Origin: a virus | Virus record (IMG/VR): IMGVR_UViG_3300002098_000013 | Strand: one strand, 5' to 3' | DNA length: 40,248 nt | In this document: piece by piece, positions 7,677 through 17,323 of the stretch | Numbering within the stretch: the first letter of the stretch is position 1 | Layout of the letters: the number at the start of each line of letters is the position of its first letter | Notes under the pieces: generated by a model | The model's database searches: none | Told to the model about the DNA's origin: nothing | The model's input: the letters and a program-made list of their open reading frames with translations, nothing else | Made by a program: the position numbers and the translations under genes

Positions 7677-9827
7677 CTACTTGCGCGGCATCTGCGGCGC
7701 GCCCGCCGCCGCCATCTGGTCGGGGTGGATTTGCCCCGGGGCGCCGGGTTGCGACTGCGGGGGGCCCGGCTGGCCGCCGGGTGCGGGGCCGCCCGGGGCG
7801 CCGCCCGGTTGACCGCCTTGGGCCTGCTGCGCCTGTGCCTGCTGCTTCATCTGCAACTGGTGCTGGTGCTCGCCCATGTGTTTGCGGATCGTGCCGTGGG
7901 GGTCCATCGTCTGCTGCATCGCCTGCATGTGCGCTTGCAGGTGCGCCATGTCGTCGTCGCCAGCATGGACCTGCACGTTGAACCCGTGCTCAAGCATCTG
8001 GTTCTCCACCAGGGGGTCGACGCTGATCGGGTCTTCCTGACTGAACACCAAGGGGGCGATGCGTGGGCCGAAGACGTTCTCGAACATCTGCGTGATGACC
8101 GGAGCGAGGTTCAGCTTGTAGCCCGGATATTGCTGGGGCGGGATGCCGCGCACCACGTTGACCGCCGCGATCTGCTGCTGCATCTGCGCCGCGTTGCGCG
8201 CCGCCTCGACGCCGAACCAGCGAAAGTCGTACCGGCGGTGCAACTGCTGCGGCTCGATCTCTTCCATCACGACCTTACGGCCGACCTCGCCGAAGCCCCG
8301 GATCGTCAGCGCGTTGTCGCGGTACTGGTGGTCGTACTCGATGATGCGCGACAGCAAGGGGGTCAGGATATTCTCTTCAATGACCTCGATCGCCGAGACT
8401 GTGGTCAGCACGTCGACTTGCTGCTCCTGCGCCACTTCGGCCTGACTCATCTTCTTCTTGCCGCCGGTGGTGCCGGGGATCATCGAAGGGTTGACACCGA
8501 GGGTCTGGAATATCTGCGCGCGCACCTCCAGCACGCGCTCGAACCCCTCGCGCCACATCTCGGGCACCTTGGCGAACTGCGTGTCCTGCGGGCTGGTCAG
8601 CCAGACTGCGAGCGGGCTGTAGACCATCGTCGACACGCGCGGGTTCTTGGCCGGGTCAGACATGATGATAGGCGCGGCTGAATAGTGGGCGCTATCCGCC
8701 GCCTCGTTGGTCATGTCGTTGGCGAGTATCCAGAAGTCGAGGACGTCGGCCACGGGCGCGCGCCCGTTAAACACCCCCGCCTGCTTGTCGACCGCGACCG
8801 AGAGAACCGGAACCTGGTCGCACCAATACGGGCACCGGCGGACGGACAGGACGTGCTCGCGCCCGGCGGCGTAGATGCGGCAGAGGCGGCGCTCGCCGCC
8901 ACCCACGTCCATCTTGGCCCACGTCTCATACACGTATGCGACCTTGTCGTCGTGCTGAACCTTGACGCCCGCCGCCTTGCCCTGCTCCTTGGCGGTGTCC
9001 TGACTGCGCGCGCGGGGGTTGTTGCCCATAGCTTCGAGCAGTTCGTCCGCGCCCTTCGACGATATTTCCTTCTTCGCCTTGCGCCGCTTGATCTCTGCCT
9101 TCGACCAGCGACGCAGGATTGTCACCGACCCGCCTGTCTCGATCGCGTGTTCGATGCTGCGCGCGGTCAGCGGCAGGATGAGCAAGTCATTGTCGAGCAG
9201 AACCTCGACCACCGGGCCGGCGTCCGTGACCTCCTTCGTCTCCATGTCGTCGACCGGCTCGGCCACGTCCTCGGGCACCTCCAGGCCTTCGACCTCGACG
9301 GGCTTCCTGATCTTGCGGGTGACCTCGCGGGTGATCTCGTCCCACCCGACGTAGATCGAGTACTGCCCCTCGCAGTCGCCGTTGACGCACAGGGGTTCGA
9401 CGATCTGTGTCTTCAGCTTGAGCCGCCGGATGTAGTATTCCAGCAGGGAGATTGTGGCGTGGGGGATTTCGCCATCCTCGGTGACGACCTCGACAAACTT
9501 CGACGACGGCGGGAACAACTGGTTGGCGAAGCGGGTCTTGCGCGCCTCGACAGCGTCGTGGATGAAGGGCGTGCAGACCTGTGACGTGCCCGAGTAGAAC
9601 TGCCGGTCGGAGAGGTTGTTGTTGTAGGCGTCCCAGTGGTCGCGGTTCTCGCTGGCGCGGTCCTTCTTGCGCTCGAAGCCTTTGTCGACGTCGCCAATAA
9701 TCTCCTCGGCGTCCTCGCGGATCGCCTTGCGCCGGGTAAGCTCGGCGTCCCGACCCTTGGCCTCGGGCGCCTTGTCTTCCTCGTCGAGCGTCGGTTGGGG
9801 CGCGAGAGCGTCTTCGTCCATGGTCAT
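7677..9827 (-). CDS. Portal protein
   Basis: 716-aa ORF, ATGA-coupled to the terminase stop. Size and position are typical of a portal. The C-terminal ~70 aa are Q/G/P/A-rich low complexity. Confidence 0.75.
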   Translation of the reverse strand: MTMDEDALAPQPTLDEEDKAPEAKGRDAELTRRKAIREDAEEIIGDVDKGFERKKDRASENRDHWDAYNNNLSDRQFYSGTSQVCTPFIHDAVEARKTRFANQLFPPSSKFVEVVTEDGEIPHATISLLEYYIRRLKLKTQIVEPLCVNGDCEGQYSIYVGWDEITREVTRKIRKPVEVEGLEVPEDVAEPVDDMETKEVTDAGPVVEVLLDNDLLILPLTARSIEHAIETGGSVTILRRWSKAEIKRRKAKKEISSKGADELLEAMGNNPRARSQDTAKEQGKAAGVKVQHDDKVAYVYETWAKMDVGGGERRLCRIYAAGREHVLSVRRCPYWCDQVPVLSVAVDKQAGVFNGRAPVADVLDFWILANDMTNEAADSAHYSAAPIIMSDPAKNPRVSTMVYSPLAVWLTSPQDTQFAKVPEMWREGFERVLEVRAQIFQTLGVNPSMIPGTTGGKKKMSQAEVAQEQQVDVLTTVSAIEVIEENILTPLLSRIIEYDHQYRDNALTIRGFGEVGRKVVMEEIEPQQLHRRYDFRWFGVEAARNAAQMQQQIAAVNVVRGIPPQQYPGYKLNLAPVITQMFENVFGPRIAPLVFSQEDPISVDPLVENQMLEHGFNVQVHAGDDDMAHLQAHMQAMQQTMDPHGTIRKHMGEHQHQLQMKQQAQAQQAQGGQPGGAPGGPAPGGQPGPPQSQPGAPGQIHPDQMAAAGAPQMPRK

Positions 9828-11794
9828 CTCCGGGCGGACAGATACCGGGCGCCGCTTGCAGTAACCGAATAGTTCAAGTCCTGCTCGTCGTCAAACGCCC
9901 CGGCGTCAGTCAACGCGGCGAAGCCCTCGATCGCTTCGAGCAGCGTGCGGTAGACGCCGGGCTCGGCGTCTAGTGTCAACACGCCGTTCTTGAGCCCCCG
10001 GCAATATCCGCCGGCCAGCCCGTTGAGCGTCCACCGCGCATTGGTCGACACCTGCACCGCAGGGAAGCCGCGCAGCTCGCGCTGGAACAGCCGCGCCAGA
10101 ACAGGCTGGCCCTCGATGCTGGTGCCGCTGCGCTGGACGGGCACAGGTATCTTGGCGCACGCCTGGGTGACGCCGACGTTGCTGGCCCAATCGAAGTGCT
10201 TCGGCTCGCAGGCCACAGTCACCTTGCGGCCGGCAGTCATCTGCGCGGCGGCCACCATGTCGGGCATGTGCTCGGCTGGCGACCCTTCGCGCACCCAATC
10301 CTCGCGCACATAGAGCGCGCCGTCGCGGACATGGCACAGCGCGCCGGTCAACAGGTTGCGCTCGGCGCCCACGACGAGGAAGGGCGGGGCGCCGCCGATC
10401 GCGCCCATGTCCTCGACAACGTGGCGCGCGGAGAAGTGGTCGTGGATCGGTGCGCCGGGGCGGAGCCGCAGCGCGTAGGCGAGCGCGTTGGGGGCGTCGA
10501 TGGACCCGGAGGGGAAGCGCCGTAGCTGTGCCATGAGGTCAGGGCAGTCCTTGGCGAAGGTGACGCGGCCTGAACGAAAGTAGGGCTGCAACCCTCTAAT
10601 AAAATCAATCTTCCCCTTCGGCGCGCGGATTGCGCGGAAAGGAATAGATTGCCCCCGTCGAGCCTGCTCGGAGCGGATGGGCTGCAGCAGAAACTCGTTG
10701 AGGCCGTCCTCTTCAACTCCGATCCAGACGGGCGGCAGGTCTTGGTTCAGTCCGACGTCGAACATCGAGGATACGATCTCGTCGGGCAGCAGCTTGCGCG
10801 CCCATGAGTCCCAGATGACCAAGCGGTCAGCGCCGGTCCACGACCAGCTTGCGAACCCCGTGGTGGCCGATCCCTTGTTCACCGTGCGCGCCGGGTCGAA
10901 CATGGCATAGACGGCCTGCCATGTCCTGACCTGTGGCTCGACGGTCATAGGATACTCGGAGAAGGTGTGCTCGCCCTTTCGGATGATCTGACACAGATAC
11001 TCCCGCTCGAAGTCGTCGATCATGCCCTGCTCGGCCAGCTCGTCGCGCTTGGCGTCGATCCACGACAGCGGGTAGCGGTCGGCCCACGAAGACTTGCGCT
11101 CGCCGTTCTGGTCGAGGTACTCGATCGGGTAGACCTTGGATTTCCAGCCCTTGGCGTTGAGGAGACGCACGGCCAGCGCGTCGGGGGCAAGCGGAGTGGC
11201 CGCCACGCGCACCAGCGCGTTGACGTCGCAGGCGGGCAGCAGCTCGCCGAAGAACCAGCGGCGCACCTTCATGATCCGCTTTTCGTCGGCAACGCTTTCG
11301 TTGTTCTCCGCGTCGTCGACGAACACCGCGTCGGGCCGCATCTCCTCGAACTTGGTCCCGCGCAGCGCCTGCCCGCGCCCAATTGCCAGCAGTCGCACTC
11401 CGGCGCTCGTGACGATCTCGCCGTCTGACCATGTCGGGCCGACGAGGTTGCCGAAGACCTCCTGAAGCTTTTCGTTGGTCTCCATCTCGTGTCGGATGGT
11501 GTGGAGGCGCTCGCAGGCACGGTCGTAGGTCTCGCCCACCAGCAGGCCGTTCTTGAACTCGCGGAAGCCCGCGAGCAGCGTCAGGGCCTCTTCTGCGACG
11601 GTGGACTTGGCCGAGCCGCGAAAGGCCATGACCAGCAGGCGCGGCACCCCGACGTTGTGCCAGTCGCGGATCATCGCCTCGTGGAAGGCTTGGGTGCGGC
11701 TGCTGTGCCTGTGGTTGAACAGGATGCGATGGGCCAGCACGCGGTCTTCGTACAACCGCTTGAACAGTTGGGCGTGCTGGTCGTCGGGGGTCAT
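9824..11794 (-). CDS. terL: Terminase large subunit
   Basis: 656 aa from the ATG at 11794, which is ATGA-coupled to the upstream 83-aa ORF. Walker A-like RLLVMAFRGSAKST and Walker B-like PDAVFVDDAEN are present. The C-terminal half is compatible with an RNaseH-like nuclease. The track ORF extends to 11911 but that extension is R/A/P-rich. Confidence 0.85.
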   Translation of the reverse strand: MTPDDQHAQLFKRLYEDRVLAHRILFNHRHSSRTQAFHEAMIRDWHNVGVPRLLVMAFRGSAKSTVAEEALTLLAGFREFKNGLLVGETYDRACERLHTIRHEMETNEKLQEVFGNLVGPTWSDGEIVTSAGVRLLAIGRGQALRGTKFEEMRPDAVFVDDAENNESVADEKRIMKVRRWFFGELLPACDVNALVRVAATPLAPDALAVRLLNAKGWKSKVYPIEYLDQNGERKSSWADRYPLSWIDAKRDELAEQGMIDDFEREYLCQIIRKGEHTFSEYPMTVEPQVRTWQAVYAMFDPARTVNKGSATTGFASWSWTGADRLVIWDSWARKLLPDEIVSSMFDVGLNQDLPPVWIGVEEDGLNEFLLQPIRSEQARRGQSIPFRAIRAPKGKIDFIRGLQPYFRSGRVTFAKDCPDLMAQLRRFPSGSIDAPNALAYALRLRPGAPIHDHFSARHVVEDMGAIGGAPPFLVVGAERNLLTGALCHVRDGALYVREDWVREGSPAEHMPDMVAAAQMTAGRKVTVACEPKHFDWASNVGVTQACAKIPVPVQRSGTSIEGQPVLARLFQRELRGFPAVQVSTNARWTLNGLAGGYCRGLKNGVLTLDAEPGVYRTLLEAIEGFAALTDAGAFDDEQDLNYSVTASGARYLSARR

Positions 11795-12042
11795 GCCGTC
11801 GCGCGGAGCAGCGCGGCGTGCGCGACGGACGCCAGCCCGATCGCTTCGAGCTGGGAGAGGTTGATCGGCTGGACGGTGGTCTGCGTCGCGCCTGACAGGA
11901 TCATAACGCACTTGTCGTGGTGGATCACGCCGCGCTCCAGCATGTCCGCGACGCCGCGCAAGTAGGTGACGAGGTTCATGCAGGGCGCAGCCGCGTCTAC
12001 GGGCTCGACCTTGGCGCCGTGGATGGTGAGGACGTCAGCCAT
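11791..12042 (-). CDS. Hypothetical protein (small terminase candidate by position only)
   Basis: 83-aa ORF immediately upstream of and overlapping terL. No motif was recognised. Confidence 0.45.
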   Translation of the reverse strand: MADVLTIHGAKVEPVDAAAPCMNLVTYLRGVADMLERGVIHHDKCVMILSGATQTTVQPINLSQLEAIGLASVAHAALLRATA

Positions 12043-12251
12043 CAGATTTCCTCCCAGTCAAAGCGATCTTTCAGCATCTGGTGCCACGCCTTGCCGCGTG
12101 ATGGCGCGGTGATGAAAGCGGTGTAGGCGGAGCGCGGAACCTCGGCGCTGAACGTCTTTCCATCGGTGAAGGTCACTTCGAGCGTCGAAGTGTCGTGGTC
12201 GTAGCTGGTCTGTTCGATGAAGCTGCTGCGCTGCTGGATGACTTCTGCCAA
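12042..12251 (-). CDS. KTSC domain protein
   Basis: SSFIEQTSYDHDTSTLEVTFTDGKTFSAEVPRSAYTAFITAPSRGKAWHQMLKDRF matches the KTSC pattern (S.I..YD...TLEV.F..G....VP...Y.....A.S.GK). The likely start is TTG at 12251, preceded by GGGAGGGAACC directly after the endolysin stop. The track ORF start at 12350 overlaps the endolysin. Confidence 0.7.
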   Translation of the reverse strand: MAEVIQQRSSFIEQTSYDHDTSTLEVTFTDGKTFSAEVPRSAYTAFITAPSRGKAWHQMLKDRFDWEEI

Positions 12252-12261
12252 GGTTCCCTCC

Positions 12262-13867
<1,606 letters not shown>

Positions 13868-13890
13868 GGGGTCCCTCCAGCGTTCGGGGG

Positions 13891-13919
13891 CTTGTGCCCG
13901 GATGCCGGGGAGGTGTCAA
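13891..13919 (-). promoter_or_regulatory. Candidate late-arm promoter
   Basis: On the minus strand: TTGACA (13919-13914), a 17-nt spacer, then CACAAG (13896-13891), about 25 nt upstream of the holin-like start. The -35 is perfect but the -10 is poor. Confidence 0.2.
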
Positions 13920-14117
13920 GGCGTTTGGTTTGCCGAGGAGGCGGGGCGGTGCTTAGCCGTTCGGCTAAGGAATTGAAAAAGTTGGACGGTTTTTAGGTGA
14001 GGGCTTCAAAAGTTTTCCCCCGGGGAGCCTCCCCCCCGTTTCCCAAGGTCTGAGCCGAGGAGCCAGAAAGCCTTATAGTTCAAGGGCTTAGATGCCAGTG
14101 GGAGGGCCTGGGAGGCT

Positions 14118-14134
14118 ATGATATAATATATCAT
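14118..14134. promoter_or_regulatory. AT-rich perfect 17-bp palindrome with extended -10 motifs on both strands
   Basis: ATGATATA-A-TATATCAT. The plus strand reads TGATATAAT (TGn + TATAAT). The minus strand reads TGATATATT. It is the only strongly AT-rich element in the divergent intergenic region. Confidence 0.45.
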
Positions 14135-14303
14135 CACCTGATAGGGGGCTGACAGCCTGCGAGCGCTAAGCCCCTGAACCTAAGCATCGGGGAGGGGGCG
14201 GCCAGGCGAGGGAGGGGCCAGCCCGATAGCTAGAGAGGCCATGCAGAGGGCGGGGCCGCCCCACAAATACCGGTTCTGATCTCGCTGGAATGCTGCTGTC
14301 ATA

Positions 14304-14332
14304 CCCCTTCCCCCTCAAAGAGGGGGAAGGGG
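14304..14332. promoter_or_regulatory. Perfect 12-bp GC-rich inverted repeat (CCCCTTCCCCCT-CAAAG-AGGGGGAAGGGG)
   Basis: Read directly. The flanks (GCTGCTG / CAGCAG) extend the symmetry imperfectly. An A9 run follows at 14364-14372. No U-tract follows on either strand, so it is not a canonical terminator. Confidence 0.5.
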
Positions 14333-14372
14333 TTACATCAGCAGACAGCATCGCCCTTGCGGCAAAAAAAAA

Positions 14373-14441
14373 TACATCGCGGTGCACAACTACAACACAT
14401 CACATACATCTCGTAGCGCTATACAGGGGTTTACATCGCGG
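14373..14441. repeat. Direct repeats TACATCGCGG (14373-14382 and 14432-14441) with several additional ACATC motifs
   Basis: Read directly. Each copy is followed within 1-10 nt by TGCACA. ACATC recurs between the copies. The element lies in the leader of the first early gene. Confidence 0.5.
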
Positions 14442-14504
14442 CACATCGGGTGCACACCCCCGAAACGCCGCGACGCTGGATCGCGACGCTTTGGAGATGC
14501 AGAG

Positions 14505-15287
14505 ATGACATTGAAACAGATAGCCCTGACCCTTGGCTTCGCTGTCACTGAGACAGATACGGACGACATCACGGCCATTGAAGCGAGGCATCCCGGCGGC
14601 GCGCTGGTGCGCACGTGGCAGATGGCGTCCAACCCCGCGCGCCCCGCGCGCATGGTGCAGTTGGATGCGCCCCTCGGAGAACACGTGCCCCACGCCATGC
14701 GGCTGTCACTAGGCCAGCTTGGCGGGTCAACCCCTGAGCGGGTCACAGTGACCGTGGGCGGCACCGCGTCGCAAGAGCATACGTGGCGTCAGGCGTTGGC
14801 GTTGGCCAAGAGTGGGGCATGGGGCTTCTACACCCCGCCCTCAAAGGCCGCTAGGTGGGGAATGGAAGACGCGGGCGCACGGCGCTTATGTTTGCAGCTA
14901 CGCCAGATGCTGAGTGAGCTTACCGACGCGGCTAGTCTCGAATGCGTGACGCCTGAATTGCTGGCACGCTGCGCCGAGATGCTCAGCATCACAGGCCCCG
15001 GGCGCGTCCCGGCGCAAGAGCGCAGCGCGCCCCGGCGCAAACAGCCAGCAAAATACGGCGTATTCCTCGCTGCGCTCGAGGGCGTCCGGATCGAGACATA
15101 CAAGGAGCGTGGCGACCCGGTGCCGCGCGACGAGGTGCGCCGGTGCTTCACTCCGCTGGCTGGCATCGCCGATCGAGGCAACTGCACTCGCGTGTTCGAA
15201 TCCTGCCTTGCGTATGCGATGGACACCGGCGCGGCCACCATGGCCAAGGGCATGATACGAGAGGCTTGCGTTAGCCCTACGGCTTGA
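14505..15287 (+). CDS. Early hypothetical protein
   Basis: 260 aa from the ATG at 14505 (GGAGA RBS; MTLKQIALTLGF...). The track ORF starts at 14382, inside the repeat-rich leader. No motif was recognised. Confidence 0.6.
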   Translation: MTLKQIALTLGFAVTETDTDDITAIEARHPGGALVRTWQMASNPARPARMVQLDAPLGEHVPHAMRLSLGQLGGSTPERVTVTVGGTASQEHTWRQALALAKSGAWGFYTPPSKAARWGMEDAGARRLCLQLRQMLSELTDAASLECVTPELLARCAEMLSITGPGRVPAQERSAPRRKQPAKYGVFLAALEGVRIETYKERGDPVPRDEVRRCFTPLAGIADRGNCTRVFESCLAYAMDTGAATMAKGMIREACVSPTA

Positions 15288-15311
15288 CATTACTAGCCAT
15301 AGGACTAGAAG
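15284..15311 (+). promoter_or_regulatory. Candidate sigma70-type promoter
   Basis: TTGACA (15284-15289), a 16-nt spacer, then TAGAAG (15306-15311). It overlaps the stop of the previous gene and lies about 35 nt upstream of the next start. Confidence 0.2.
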
Positions 15312-15346
15312 GGGTTTTGTAAGTGATTCGCAACGGAGGAAAGACA

Positions 15347-15796
15347 ATGAAAGCTAAGACTGGAACCGTGACGCTTTTTATGCCCGAATACAAGGCAACG
15401 TCCTTGCGGCCTGCCATGCCCGAGGCGCGGCCTGTTGTGCCCGCGACGATTATCGCGGGCTTTGCCCTGCATCGCAGTGTTAACCGCGACGGGAACGAGG
15501 AGAGCCCCGCCCGCTGGACCCTGACGCACGTTGCCAGCGGGGCCAGCGTCAACAGCCTGTTGCCCCCCGGGCGGCCCCGTGACGGCAAAGCCAGCCGTGC
15601 CGCCTATGTCGCGTTCCTGAAAAACTTGGCAACGCTTGAAGTCTATCAGGCCTGGGAGCGCATTATGTCGACTGCGCCGTTTGGCACGGGCACGCCTTCG
15701 ACAATGGGCGGGCGCTGCGTTGACCTGTCGCGCGAACTGGCCGCGCGGGCGCGTGAGATTGGCCCCGTGCATTTTGGCACGGCGCGCGAACTGTGA
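15347..15796 (+). CDS. Early hypothetical protein
   Basis: 149 aa from the ATG at 15347, preceded by GGAGGAAAGACA. No motif was recognised. Confidence 0.6.
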   Translation: MKAKTGTVTLFMPEYKATSLRPAMPEARPVVPATIIAGFALHRSVNRDGNEESPARWTLTHVASGASVNSLLPPGRPRDGKASRAAYVAFLKNLATLEVYQAWERIMSTAPFGTGTPSTMGGRCVDLSRELAARAREIGPVHFGTAREL

Positions 15797-15806
15797 GGGT
15801 TGGCGC

Positions 15807-15923
15807 ATGATCTTCCGCACTCTACTGGCCTTCGCCGCCATGTTCGCTGCCATCGCCTTTGTGCAATGGCTGGACGCGCAAGCCTGCCAGGGCGATCAAC
15901 GCTGCATCGACGCATTACGATAG
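15807..15923 (+). CDS. Small membrane peptide (38 aa)
   Basis: MIFRTLLAFAAMFAAIAFVQWLDAQACQGDQRCIDALR has one hydrophobic helix. GAGGG lies 7 nt upstream. It is the only plausible part of track ORF 15636-15923. Confidence 0.4.
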   Translation: MIFRTLLAFAAMFAAIAFVQWLDAQACQGDQRCIDALR

Positions 15924-15935
15924 GAGACTGATACA

Positions 15936-16151
15936 ATGGCTGACGCAAGATTCACACCTTCGAGCTTCGGCGGGGGCTGGCTTGTGCCCCTGTCCGAAGA
16001 ATTTCTGGAGACCTACACACGCGCCTTTGAGGAAGAGCCCGTGCCTCTTGAACCGCTGAACGGGGAGGTGGGCTGGATCGTCGAGCCCGCCGCGCTGTAT
16101 GACCTGCTTGCCGATATCAGGTGCGACGGCTTCGAACTGCTGCTGGCCTAG
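15936..16151 (+). CDS. Small acidic early protein
   Basis: 71 aa with an AGGAG RBS. It is rich in Glu/Asp/Leu/Pro (EEFLETYTRAFEEEPVPLEPLNGE...). Confidence 0.6.
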   Translation: MADARFTPSSFGGGWLVPLSEEFLETYTRAFEEEPVPLEPLNGEVGWIVEPAALYDLLADIRCDGFELLLA

Positions 16152-16209
16152 CGTTTCCATCGGGACGGTAATGCCCGCCGCCCCCTTGGTAACTTTAGGA
16201 GGAAAGAAC

Positions 16210-16524
16210 ATGGTTACGAATGCACCAGTCGAGAGCAAAGAGCGTTACGAAGCCGCGCCTAATATCTATAAGCGCGGGCGCGGCGATTATGCTGCTATAC
16301 GAGACCTTGCCAGCGATCCGTCGCAGATCGCCGCCGATGTTGGCGAAGAAGAATATTCCGAGATGTTGGGTTGCGTGCCTCCCGTCTATCTGCCCGGCGT
16401 GCCTGGCTTCCTTGTCGGGGAAGCGATTACTGGCGATGAACGCGGCACGGTATATGCCAACTATTTCCAGTCGCGGGACGGCCTGTTTTGCGCTCGATAT
16501 TATTGCGCGCCCCACGCGGACTGA
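16210..16524 (+). CDS. Early hypothetical protein
   Basis: 104 aa from the ATG at 16210, preceded by TAGGAGGAAAGAAC. The upstream part of track ORF 16099-16524 overlaps the previous gene. Confidence 0.6.
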   Translation: MVTNAPVESKERYEAAPNIYKRGRGDYAAIRDLASDPSQIAADVGEEEYSEMLGCVPPVYLPGVPGFLVGEAITGDERGTVYANYFQSRDGLFCARYYCAPHAD

Positions 16525-16596
16525 CTTGATCCCCCGGACCTCTGGCGCGGGTGAGCGCGCCGGGGGCGAGGATGGCTTAAGAAGGGACAACGAGAC

Positions 16597-17136
16597 ATGA
16601 CCAAAAAATATGAGTTCACCGGGGAAACGCGCGGCTACTACGGGCGCACACTCCACCGCATCCGCGCGTTAATCGACATTGAGGACATCGGGCTAACCGC
16701 TGGCCAACTCGGCGGCTGGATCGAAACGGAGGCTAACCTTTTGCAGTCTGGCACCGGATGGGTTTACGATCAGGCCATCGTTTGCGGTGGAGGCACCATC
16801 GAGGGCGGCACCATCATGGGCGGCACCATCAGGGGCGGCACCATCAGGGGCGGCACCATCAGGGGCGGCACCATCGAGGGCGGCACCATCATGGGCGGCA
16901 CCATCAAAACCTCCGCCGACTATGGCGCCTATATCCAAGTGGGCTCGGAAGAGGGTGTTTTGACGTGGACGCGGAACGACGACGGGGAGGGAATAACGCT
17001 CAATCGCGGGTGCTTCTCGGGCACGCTGGATGCATTTTCCGAAGCTGTCGAGAAGCGGCACGGGGACAGCACGATCGGGCGAGAATATAGGCTGTTGATT
17101 GAGTTCATCCGCCTGCGGTCGAGCAAGGAAGCCTAG
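16597..17136 (+). CDS. Beta-helix-type repeat protein (8 x GGTIx pentapeptide units)
   Basis: 179 aa. The N-terminus MTKKYEFTGETRGYYGRTLHRIRALIDI...GGWIETEANL resembles, from memory, a widespread family of phage proteins with short beta-helical repeats. The central part is GGGTIEGGTIMGGTIRGGTIRGGTIRGGTIEGGTIMGGTIK. Confidence 0.7.
   Translation: MTKKYEFTGETRGYYGRTLHRIRALIDIEDIGLTAGQLGGWIETEANLLQSGTGWVYDQAIVCGGGTIEGGTIMGGTIRGGTIRGGTIRGGTIEGGTIMGGTIKTSADYGAYIQVGSEEGVLTWTRNDDGEGITLNRGCFSGTLDAFSEAVEKRHGDSTIGREYRLLIEFIRLRSSKEA
16786..16905. repeat. Tandem 15-bp repeat (NNNGGCGGCACCATC, 8 units)
   Basis: Read directly. The 12-nt core GGCGGCACCATC is identical in 7 units. Only the first codon varies (GAG/ATG/AGG), in the pattern E-M-R-R-R-E-M. 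Confidence 0.9.
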
Positions 17137-17208
17137 CCCCTCCATAGGGCAGGGAAGCCTAGCCCCTCCATAGGGCAGGGAAGCCTAGCCCCTCCATAGG
17201 GCAGGGAA
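17131..17208. repeat. Three perfect tandem copies of a 26-bp unit (GCCTAGCCCCTCCATAGGGCAGGGAA)
   Basis: Read directly: 17131-17156, 17157-17182 and 17183-17208. The first copy contains the TAG stop of the upstream gene. The remaining copies are intergenic. Confidence 0.9.
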
Positions 17209-17323
17209 GGGACACCCCTGCCTCTTGGTGGCGTTAGGTGCCAATTTGAAGGGAATTGAGCATGAAAACCAAAGACCCTGCCACGTTGCGGGCGACGATC
17301 AAAGCCGACCGGGCGTTCCTCGT

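Noticed and set aside
14166-14508. Track ORFs in the control region (14166-14387 on the minus strand, 14290-14508 on the plus strand, and the 5' part of 14382-15287).
   Set aside because: They have no RBS. They run through the hairpin, the A9 tract and the direct repeats. Their composition is atypical. The downstream ATG at 14505 with a GGAGA RBS is a better start for the first early gene.
15194-15203. GTTCGAATCC, identical to a tRNA T-loop consensus.
   Set aside because: The flanking bases do not form a T-stem (GCGTG versus CCTGC). No acceptor or anticodon arms are evident. It lies inside a coding region.
16531-16566. GC-rich imperfect hairpin after the 104-aa early gene, considered as a terminator.
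   Set aside because: The stem needs several G-U pairs and a bulge, and no U-tract follows. The evidence is too weak to annotate.
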